DNA of 64,000 bases from Bugula neritina (taxonomy: Eukaryota > Animalia > Bryozoa), in NCBI GenBank assembly GCA_964035545.1, contig OZ037767.1, positions 14,059,801-14,123,800 of the forward strand. The letters run 5' to 3'. Positions 42,901 to 53,700 of this stretch are shown here, in pieces (position 1 is the first letter of the stretch; every line of letters starts with the position of its first letter). The notes beneath the pieces are model-generated. The model ran no database searches, had not been told where the DNA came from, and saw only the letters and a list, made by a program, of their open reading frames with translations. The position numbers and the translations under genes are program-made.

Positions 42901-45900
42901 TTTTAAAATATTAAAATGCAGGACACGTTGTGAAACCAGGAGTTGCTAAAACTGCTGGAAAACTAACCATTGCATCTGTAGTCGAGACGACTCCCATCTT
43001 TGAGAGGCTGTCCCTGAATGACAGCGCCAACTGGAATCATGGCCAGGAAGAAAACGGCAGCGTAGAAAGCTAAAGATACGCCCATCACCTCCAGGTTGAA
43101 AAACGTCTGCCACTTCTGATCACAGGGAGGTAATTTGAACAGCTCACACTGTTTCTGTAGGCAAATGGAAATAATTGGAAGTTATTCAATGACCGATACA
43201 AGATATTACAACTTTCAAGAAATATATAGGAAAAAATCAAGTCAAAAGTATGTTACTATGGTATGAGAGCAAAACTAAATAGAAATTCCAGAATACCTGT
43301 GACAGTCATTTGGGGGAAAAGTATTGAAAATAATACAACATAAACTTTGAATTGAAAAAGTTTGCTTTGATGGTTTTGCTGCAAATAATAAACAATTGTT
43401 ATATAATCTTAGCCCAAACTCACCAGACTAAAATTGTCTGACATGGGCAATTATAGCAAAGAGGGTTGGGACTGGTTGATTATGTATCTGACAATACAGA
43501 GTTTATTACACATAAGCTTTTGCTTAGTGAACACGAAGGTCACGGGTTCGAACTGACAAAGACCATTGGTGATGTTAGGAAGAGCATCCAGTTATAGTTG
43601 CTCCTGTGCCTCATCTAAATAAGCCCTTAGCCCATTTTAACAAAAACCCTTTCCATCAGGGGTTTCTTACAGGGATGGAGACTATATACATGTACTTGCA
43701 TGAGTTTTATATGTCATCGCCAGTTTCTGATACTTAAATAGACTCCTAAGAGTTCATGAGACCTCAACAGCTTTCTATTTCTTCAACAACGTGGACTAGT
43801 GGATATAATTTCATCATCAAAATTCAAACGCTGAAGTATTTTTTACATTACAAAATCCTGCATAAGTTAAGATTATAGAAGCCAAAACTGGACTAGCAGA
43901 AGGGTGATACCTCATCCTAATTAGTAAACTAACAATTCATATTATTGGCCGATTAAATGCTGATTACCCAGTGAACACAGACATAGGAAAGTGGGCTTGC
44001 TATAAATAATTGACAATTAAACACTAAAAGCCCAGTTACCTGAAATCAATACATGTCACAGTGAAACCAGCTTTAGTATGCAGTTATACTAGAAGAATAA
44101 TGCAGGCATTGTCTAATTAGATTAAAAAGTTAATAGTTTTGATACTCTTACAGGACTATGTAGCTTAGAAAGAGGGAATGGTACATGAGAGGTGGGCAAA
44201 TATTGAGCCCCCCTTTAGACTGAATGTTTAATCTAATAATAGAGTGCAGACAATAGAAATATTAGTTAGTAGTAGTGCTAAGGTTGTAGACATTACTAAC
44301 TATCAGAGTCCCAACTCTACTACAGATGAGTTGTGGGACGGGTGTCTTCCACCCGTTCACCAACACTAAAGTTTGTGAGAAAACAGCTAGAGGCTACATA
44401 TTTTCTTACTCAAGGACAAATGCACCAAGCTACAGCGGCAGTATTAGAGGAATCGGAAAAGCCTATGTTCTAGACCAGGGCCGAATGTGGCCCCTGGTCT
44501 ATATTTATCAGGTCCTCAAAGGCATAGCAGATAAAATTATTTTTTACACACATATATGAATTAGAGTGGAGCAGCACCTTTTAAATGTCTTATTTATATA
44601 CCTGCATCTGGCAGCAACTATTATGACTTCATTGTGTTAAGATTCATAGGAATTTCGAATAAATTAATGTGAAAAATACTGATACTGTGGCCTCTAACTG
44701 TGGCCTTCTCTACCGGAATATTCCCTTTCAGTGGCCCTGGCTCTGAAAATGTTGAACACCCCTGCTCTACAGTCTAGACTCTAGAGAAAGCGTTTAATCA
44801 GCAAAAGAAGTTATGTGCTCACAAGAAAGTTAAAGAACTTAGGCTACAGCACCTCGCATACAGTAAACAGGAAGTTAGAGTAACCTACCTTGGAGCAGGC
44901 CATAGCCAAGTAGTAAGTCAGCACAATGGTAAATACTACCAGGAGACCTCCCAGGTGACCAGGACCAGTTCCGGCAGCGACAGCGCTGTCAGTGACATCA
45001 GAGGTGACCTTAGAAGTGACCTTGAGCTTAGAAGCATCTCCAGTAGCTGTTACAGAAGACCTTGTTACCTGTTACCATAGAAACAAAAGAGTTTGAGGGC
45101 GCACAACTAACAACGAATTATTGTAAATTAGTAATAGAAAACTATGAGTATATATAATATATGGTTTAGCAGAAGTAGGAATAAACAGTAAATTAATAGC
45201 TCTATACTGAAATGAGTATTGCAGCATTTTTCTAGAGAGGGAAAGGGGAGAGAAATGGCTATTACATAATATTTCTTATATTTTCATTGCAGTTGCAAAG
45301 CAATGCCTTAAGCATGACATTTTTTAAACATATTCAAATTGACTCTTGAACTCAAAGTTAGCAGAAATCCAACGAAATAAAGAGAATTCATAACAATAAA
45401 AGCAACAAGAAACCAACAAGGCAAATTTTTTTAACCAAACTGATACCTTCCCAGTTTTCTTAGCCTTAGCATTATTATTAGAATCAACAGTAAAGCTGGG
45501 GCATTGCACGGCACGTCTCAACAAAGGAGTTCGGTGAGGCGTATCACCGGCATATGATTGGCCGGTGTTTTCTGGGGGTGATGAGTCATTCATAACGGCA
45601 GCTATGTCATCAAATGACTCAATGGGAGTGAAAAAATCGGGGGTTTGTACTGCCACCCCTGATTGGTTGGTGGGGGTTACACTCTACAAGGGATGATCAC
45701 ACGCTGTCAATGCTGCCAAAACAATAGTGGACAATGTAACAGGAAAACTTGCCCTATGAGAGATATCATTTGAATCTAGGAAGAAATATTACTTTATTAT
45801 CTAACATTAGCAGTTTTAAAATCACCATGGTTACCAATCTAAACAAGTTGTTTAGCATGGAGGAATAATTGTTGTCAGTTTATTGCTTCTAACAGTTAAT

Positions 45901-48644
45901 ACAGAAAAAGTCTTAAGGAAAAGAAAAAGGAGTACAAAGCAAAAGGGTACTGTCCGATAGCTTGAAGCTAATGAGGAGACAATCCCGACTTTCCACAGAA
46001 TACAACCCCCCCCCCCAATCAATCCAGCAAAGGGACCCATCCAAACCATACTCCGTCAATAGACGTTCCGCTAACCTTAACTTCACCACCCCAGAAACCA
46101 TGCTCTCAAAATCATATAAATATGTATTAAATAACTTTGCAGCCATAAATAACATAGACCTTTGCCCTTTGTTTGTTTTAAATTTATTAGTTTTAATTGC
46201 ATTGCTGACTTTCAATCTCATGTCATAATTATGATCTACGATTAGTCCAATTATAACTGCAAATTAGACTGGTTTTACTGAACTTGTAAGAATCTATGCT
46301 ATTTTATCTAGCTTATAAAAAGCAAACTGCACTAACTTTAGGTCCTGAAATAAATTGCCCCAGTTGGCAATGCTTAGTATTGTATGAATTGATGGTATAA
46401 AAAGGTTTTCAAAGCCATTAAAGTTGTAAAACATGAGAGCAGTCTATTACAGTTGAACACAATGTGGAAGGAAGCAGTGAATAGGCAGCCAGCTAAATAG
46501 AAGCTCCTATTCAATAAAAGCGCGGAATTTTCTGTTAACAAATTAACTGGGCCGAGGACAAAAGCTTCTGTTGATTAATCAATATTCCTATAAATTACAG
46601 AGAGTAAAGCAAAACACTTAATTACACTATGAGCATTATACAATACTAAAATGTCGGCATATTTGCTTTAGAGCAATAAAGGCAAGTTGTTCTTTCAGTC
46701 TTATATTTACACAAGCCACTTCATACAATCACCAATTTACTACAGTATTTACTACACTGCCAAGGCCTACCTGGTATCCAGGTTGAATATTACACAATGA
46801 GATATTAAACAATTTTAGTGCATTGACCTATACATTACAGCCTCAACTATAATTACCATGTGACTATCTACCTTGCAACAAAATAACTGAAAAATAATTG
46901 CCTCCACCGGGTATTGAACCCTAGACTTCTGTTTTGCAAACCAGCATGCTAACCATTACACTATGGGGGCTATTGAGGAATCTTAGCTCTATAATAACAA
47001 GTATATTTGGGCCTGTAGAGAAACAGCAAATTAAAATTTGATAAATTAGGTATAAAGTTTACCCTGTAAACCGTCTGCTCCTGAATGCGCCTGGTCACCT
47101 TAGGAGATGGTGTCTCCACGACAGGCTGAATACGAGGGGGTGTCTTTACTCGAGCCGGACTTTTGGAAGAAGCCCTTTTGGTTTTGGGCTTGGCAGGGCT
47201 TACATCCTCCACAGCAGGTATAGGGGTTCGAGCAGAGGAGCGAGAACGGGAGCGAGTGACCCGGGTGGTAAGCTGGACTGTAGACCGCGATCTGGATCTC
47301 GATCTAGACCGAGCTCTGGAGCCAGCCTTTTTAGCGGGGCTTTTCTTCGCTTTGGAAGGGGACGACTACAAATAGCGATTCAATGAGTGTTATAAATCCT
47401 GTGCTAAAGAAAATACCATCTTATCTTGGTTGTAGCACATATGATGTCTTATTTGCAATGTATGAGTCTAATTATATTTTAATCTTGGTTGAACGAGAAA
47501 AATGTTTGTGCAGGTTTTAAGATTTATAAAACCTGAGGCTGAGTTTTATTATTTTTCTAAATTTTATTCCTAATTCTTGAAGTTAATTTTTTACAACCTA
47601 TTTGTATTATAATTCCATTAGTCAACTAGGAATCTGCCTAATCTTATAGAGTTTACACATAATATTGCAATATTGAAAGTATATTTAAATATAATATAGA
47701 TATTGTCTAATACTAATAATTACGCTAACAAGTAAAATTATTACTACCAGCAATAGGACTGGTAGTAGTATTAGTAGTACTAATAGTATTAATAGTAGTT
47801 CACTGTTGACAAAACATAAACTTAAAACTGATAGTAATAACAAGAGAGTAGGCATAAGTATTGAATAATTATTAAAAGTATTAGTATTAATAAATAGTAG
47901 TATTACTAATCAGTTACTATTACTACTAGACTAGTAACTTACTTGCATTAGACTTTAGTAGTAACATTACCATTACTAATACTAATAGTATTAGACATAA
48001 ATTAAATGATAATTTAGTATTATTAGTACTAGTACTACTATTTCAGTTTGTCTATTACTAGTACTAATGGTGAATTAATATAGACTTAGACTAAGTTTAA
48101 GTTTTTAACTCTAGGTTAAGCACTACTAGTACTACTAATAGTAGCACTAGCATACGATTAACTTTAAGTATATACTATTAGCATGATTATTACTATAAGT
48201 ATAACATTAACTATAAATATAAATATTAGTATAAGTATAACTGTAACAGTAACACTTACAGTTACTCTCAGCCTAAGAGTAAGTCTTACACTAAATCTTA
48301 GAGTTAGGTCTAACAGTAACAGCAACACTAAGTCTAACTCTAACTGACAAATAGTAATAGTGATACTAATACTAAGTCTAATAGTAATTGAGTAAATGTA
48401 ATACTTATACTAATACTAATACTAATAGTAATGAGTAATAGTAATACTAATAGTAATAGTTATACTTATAGTTATAGTAAATCCTATGACCTATGGGTAG
48501 AGTAAGAGTAAGAGTCGTTACCTATAGCCTATAGGCTATAAGTATAAGTTTATGCTAGGCACTATAAATTTCAACTAAAAAATAGTCCAGCGTATTTAGG
48601 CACACTATAAATTGAAAGGTAAAACTCACCTTACGTGCAGGCAT
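36992..48644 (-). CDS. LBR: Lamin B receptor / sterol C14-reductase (ERG4/ERG24) family protein, isoform using the distal 3' exon set
   Basis: Exons 48644-48630 (MPARK), 47365-47063 (RSRSRSRS domain), optional 45683-45447, 45068-44889, 43154-42968 ([16 protein letters not shown]), 42166-41975, 41475-41255 ([11 protein letters not shown]), then 39142-38968, 38394-38191 ([18 protein letters not shown]) and 37152-36992 (PYFYP...[25 protein letters not shown]). Confidence 0.88.
37257..38168. mobile_element. CAGTG-family MITE whose right TIR is amplified into a 19-bp minisatellite (~38 copies, 37430-38168)
   Basis: Left end ta|cactgctccctctgtatctcac. The array unit gtgagatacagagggagca is its reverse complement. 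The body matches the 12790 copy. Confidence 0.85.
38446..38860. mobile_element. Foldback element / MITE: ~415-bp imperfect palindrome
   Basis: tcattctacttaatttagtac...ggtgtgtggatgtgat pairs with atcatgcccgcacacc...gtactaaattaagtagaatga along ~200-bp arms with a very short loop. Confidence 0.85.
39749..40650 (-). CDS. LBR: LBR alternative (proximal) three-exon 3' end
   Basis: Exons 40650-40476 (175 nt), 40330-40127 (204 nt) and 39909-39749 (161 nt) have the same sizes and phases as the distal set. The frame is open to ...[31 protein letters not shown] lies at 39540-39535 on the minus strand. Confidence 0.85.
42280..42462 (+). mobile_element. tRNA-derived SINE, family A (internal deletion in head)
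   Basis: gcagccgtagtctaggggtta...ggtgatgttaggaagag...ggcgactataaacttgcatgag. Confidence 0.8.
43515..43706 (+). mobile_element. tRNA-derived SINE, family A (5'-truncated)
   Basis: gggttcgaac...gaccattggtgatgttaggaagagcatccag...ccatcaggggtttc. Confidence 0.8.
44476..44764. mobile_element. Probable hAT (Charlie-like) MITE
   Basis: caggg...gttgaacacccctg termini, repeated subterminal gtggcc motifs, and a tctaga-like target on the left (ttctagac). Confidence 0.55.
46050..46750 (-). mobile_element. Degenerate non-LTR retrotransposon (CR1/L2-like) ORF2 3' end
   Basis: Stop-riddled frame ending [40 protein letters not shown], similar to the HxYxTR...RTxxGxxSxxYxGxKLWN tail of L2/CR1 ORF2. Boundaries are approximate. 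Confidence 0.55.
46893..46980 (-). mobile_element. tRNA-derived repeat family B, monomer
   Basis: Reverse complement of agtgtaatggttagcatgctggtttgcaaa...ggttcaatacccggtggaggcaatt. Confidence 0.7.
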
Positions 48645-49070
48645 TGTAATTACATAAAAATTTGCGTCACCACTAGGCTGCTACCTTTAGAAACTATACT
48701 TTTACTATAATTTCCGGCCAAAAATTAAAATAGTAGTTCGTAATCAACGAATTTGAAGGTCGTTGGCGGGTGTGTTCGTGATTGGTTTAATATCATGCGA
48801 AGCAGGTTACAAATCAGCCAATAGACAACTTTTTTAGCTAACGGTAACCGAGTGGATTGACCAAAGACTATAAACTTTATATAAGGTTTATATATTAGAC
48901 TATCAAAGTCAGTAGTTTAGCAATCGCAGCTTCGCTTCAATGCCTGGGAACAGAGCGAAGTTGTTCGGTCTACTTGTTTCCGGTTAAAAGGAAACGTTTT
49001 TCCTATCCTCTGTCTTTAGACAACTTTTTACTTTTAATTTTCTGACTTTAAATTTTCATTTTGATCTTGC
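48645..49070. promoter_or_regulatory. Probable bidirectional promoter between LBR (-) and CRNKL1 (+)
   Basis: About 430 bp separate the LBR ATG from a + strand exon ending catg|gtaagg at 49073. The interval is CpG-richer, with CCAAT boxes (~48781, ~48819) and ETS-like ttccgg (~48712, ~48978). Confidence 0.6.
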
Positions 49071-50050
49071 ATGGTAAGGAACATTTTTATTATAGGTACA
49101 TTTTTAATCTTTGGTAGCATAAGTTTTTAAATTGAATGAGTTTTGCAGACTGCAAATATAATATTGATAGATTTAGAGTAAAACTCAGACTCTGACAGTG
49201 ACTGTGAGATTCAGATCGAGACTGAAAGTAAAATTGAGTGTGATTGTCATTATCAATGATAATATTAATAATAATTATTATTATAATTGTAATATTATAG
49301 TGATTGAATCATTGATGCATTAAAATATTATTATCATTATGAATAATAACATGATTGTGATTAAATCTAGTCTGTACTCATTGATTCTAAATTTAATCAT
49401 TTAATGAAATCACTGTGATAAGTTATATTCATATTGATATATTAACTATCATAATCAATCTGATACTCATACTCACTATCACTATGAGTATGACCATCAC
49501 GGTGTTCACCATCAGGATCATACTTGGTCATTCTCCGTACTTACTGATGCTTAAAGCTATACTCATGCACAGTCTAACTCTGAGTCTCATAGGCATATTT
49601 AGTTATATAGTTGTACTCATACAGTCATACTCATAGTGATAATCAAAGAGCGATATCTTTTTGGCATAATGTCGTTGATGATGGATTAATAATTTTTTTC
49701 TATTATTCATTTGATAAAGAGTCTGAGTTTAGCACTTTAGGTAAAATAAAACTGTGCACATCATAAACTATTATAGTTATTTGTAACTAATGTATAATAG
49801 TTATTGTATTTTAATTTATATCATTACCATATAACTGTAAAAAAATATTTAGGTAAAATGAGCCAACTCTATAAATGATAAGCTGCGTTTATTTTAAAAA
49901 ATTTAGACAATATTTGAAAAAGCATAATTTATACTTTGGTGAATTTAGTTTTGCATACCTTAATGCTGAACAAACAAAATTAAGTAAATTCCATTAGACT
50001 TGTAATCTCTAAAGTACTAGAATTACCCTGTAGTCCTATATTATTTGCAG

Positions 50051-50680
50051 ATGGATGCTTGGGATGAGTTACCTGAAGAAAAGAAGGGGAAGGGCCCGCC
50101 CAAAGTGGCCAAGGTCAGTATTACTCTTTTTGAAAATACTTCAATTATTTTACACATATTATTAGAAAGAGCAGAGGCTGGTGTCACCCCTCTCCTTGTG
50201 TTACGTAACACGTATTCTATCTGCTCTCTTTTAACTTGAGGATATTTTGTTGTTGTTAGGTAAAGAATAAGATGCCCGCAAACGTACAGATAACAGCTGA
50301 GCAGCTGCTGAGGGAGGCAAAAGAGAGAGAACTGGAGTTAGTCGCCCCTGTAAGTAAATAACATTTCTTGCGGTATACGTTTAACAGAAGCGCGTGTCAT
50401 GACTTCTATGGTGATGAGAATATGCAATCAACTGTTTCTGTTGTAGCCACCAAAGCAGAAGATCAGTGACCCTGATGAGCTGAAAGCGTATCAGCTACGA
50501 AAACGCAAGGTATGGTCCTTATATATGTAAATGATTAGATGACCATCTGCTCATCATCATTTCATGAAATATGATATTGGATGGTAGTTCATTATGCTTT
50601 GTTTATGAGATTGTATTTCAATGAATTATCTAAGTAGTAGTGGTAGCAGCAGCAGTAGTAATAGTAGCAGTAGTAGTAGC

Positions 50681-50721
<41 letters not shown>

Positions 50722-53700
50722 CAGTAGTAGTAGTAGCAGTAGTGGTGGTAGCAGTAGTAGTGGTGGTGGTAGTGGTGGTAGCAGCAGTAGTAGCAGCAGT
50801 AGTAGTAGCAGCAGTATTAGTAGCAGTAGTGGTGGTGGTGGTGGTGGTAGTAGTAGTAGTAGAAGTACCAACAGCAGTATTATTAGTAGTGATCTTCTGC
50901 TTTTTACTTATATCGACTGTATGCAAAAGATTTTTCTTTTATTCTCAAGGGTTTTGAGGACAATATTCGTAAAAACCGCTCACTGATGGTGAATTGGATC
51001 AAGTACGCCCAGTGGGAGGAGTCTCAACAGGAAATACAAAGAGCCCGGTCTGTGTATGAGAGAGCTCTGGATGTGGACCATCGCACCATCACAGTGTGGC
51101 TCAAGTATTCAGAGATGGAAATGAGGTAAGTTTTGGTAAATCTTTCTACATCCTGGAATCATATGTAGGTGAAAGGTAAGCAATCACTGCAGCTAAACCT
51201 CTTGCTTTTACCTGTTGGTTTTAGCAGCTTAGAGTGAGTAGTCCTCGACTATGTAACTCCATTAGAAAAGATTGTTTCAAACTCTTACATACCAATCATC
51301 TCTCCACTAATTTGCTGCAACATTATCTTGAGTTGCTTTCATTTCCCTCTTCTCTAGTTCACTTATAGGATGAAGGGTATAAGTTCACGCCCTGACACTA
51401 GTACTGGTGAACTGAGGTTTGTTCTATTTCTCTTACATCTTCTGCTTGCAGAGCCCGTCAAGTGAATCATGCAAGAAACATTTGGGACAGAGCCGTCACC
51501 ATCTTACCTCGTGCCAACCAGTTCTGGTATAAGTACACATACATGGAGGAGATGCTCGGGAACATAGCAGGTTGTAGGCAGGTGAGTTGACATATTGTGG
51601 CAGGTTGCTGGCAGGTGAGTTGACATATTGCGGCAGGTTGTAGGTAAGTGAGTTGACATATTGTGGCAGGTTGTAGGTAAGTGAGTTGACATTTAATGTC
51701 AAGTTGTAGGCTGCTGAGTTGACATTTGCTAGCAGATGAGCTTATATAACACTGTGTCATTGATGTGCAGGTGTTTGAAAGGTGGATGGAGTGGCAGCCA
51801 GAGGAGCAAGCCTGGCAGTCGTATATCAACTTTGAGTTGCGTTACAAGGAACTGGATCGAGCTCGCAGTATCTATGAACGATTCTGTCTCGTCCACCCGG
51901 AAATAAAAAACTGGATCAAGTTAGTTCTGTTTTATGTTGTTCCTAATTAATGTTTTAGATATTCAAAGTTTAAACTGTTGGCAAACTGTAGTTCTTGAAA
52001 TACTATGTTGGGTTTTGTTGACCACTTGTTCTGTTGAGTGCATTGAAGCATTTAATGAGTTGTGAATCTCTAGATATGCAAAATTCGAGGAGAAGCACAA
52101 TTATATCCAGAGTGCTCGAAGAATATACGAAAGAGCTGTGGAGTTTTTTGGAGAGGAAAACATGGAAGAGAACCTTATTATAGCCTTCGCGAGATTTGAA
52201 GAGAATCAGAGAGAGGTAGAAGTTATAGTCTTAGTTTATGTTGTGCAAGATGAGGTATTAGGGCTATCAGAATAGTACATTGGTTGCCATGCCAACTAAA
52301 ACTAAAAGATGACATGAAAAAGAAATAGCTTAATTACTATACTTCTAGTCGCTTTCAATATTGCAGCATTTAAATCAATTCTGTAGTTTTTGAAAAGGTT
52401 TGGCTATGTTTGATGATTTAGTTGTGGGTCCTCTCTGTATACTTGGTGTTTGGGTTGCAGCATGACAGAGTAAGAGCTATCTACAAGTACGCTCTAGATA
52501 ACCTTCCCAAAGAGTCGTGTCAGGTGCTTTATAAGAACTACACGATTCACGAGAAAAAGTTTGGAGATCGGGCTGCTATTGAAGACGTCGTTGTGAACAA
52601 ACGGCGATTTCAATATGAAGAGGCAAGTGTTTTCGTTGTATCTTCCTTAAGTGAATGGAAAGTTGCTATCGAGTGTAAATTACCTGTGGGCTATTTATTT
52701 CTTTGTCAATTTTTTTTATTTTTCTTTTGTTTTTCACTTCTTTTTGTTTTTTATTTAGGAGACAAAAAATAATCCGTTCAATTATGACGCGTGGTTTGAT
52801 TACATTCGGCTGATGGAGAATGACGGAACAACGGAGCAGGTGAGAGAAGTGTACGAGAGGGCGATTGCTAACGTACCTCCGACACAAGAGAAGAGACTGT
52901 GGAGAAGATACATTTATCTGTGGATAAACTATGCATTGTATGAAGAACTCGAAACACAGGTATGCTATTGCACATGCACACTACAACCTGCATATTAATC
53001 TGTAGATTTTCTTTGTGCTTAAGTGTTACTACTAACAGTTGCTACCTGCAATTATTACTTTAATTGCGATCTTGAATTTTTTATCGACAATGCTTTTTAT
53101 TATGAGTACACACGCGGTGCCGGCCTATTGATTATTGATTCCTAAATGGTGTCGTCATGGACTACTTGGTCTTCATAACAGTTGGTCACCTGCAACGTGT
53201 CACTTTGTTCTTCCAGCTGTCAGTTTCATATCGATTCCTAGTGTCACTTGAGAATCAGTGACGTGTCATGTCATGTGCTCTTTCTTGACAGGACATGGAG
53301 AGAACTCGTCAGGTGTACACGGCCTGCTTAGATCTGCTGCCGCACAAGAAATTCACCTTTGCCAAGATATGGATTATGCTGTCGCATTTTGAGATTCGAC
53401 AGAAAAATTTGCAAGCGGCCAGGAAAGCAATGGTAAATATATTTATAGTTCGTCCTGGGTAATATCTCCTTCACGGTCACAGGAAATCACTCTCGCTTCT
53501 CAGATCAACTGAGATATGCTTGTAGTGATTGTGTTAATTATTTAGATATATAGAAACATTTTATTGCAATGATTGTAGCGATTATATTTATTCTATTTAT
53601 TTTATCAAATGTATAGTGACATTTTATCGCAATCGAGAAAAGGGGAAAAAAATACTTGTAAAAAACGTTCTCTGATGTATTAATGTATGCTGAACATTTT

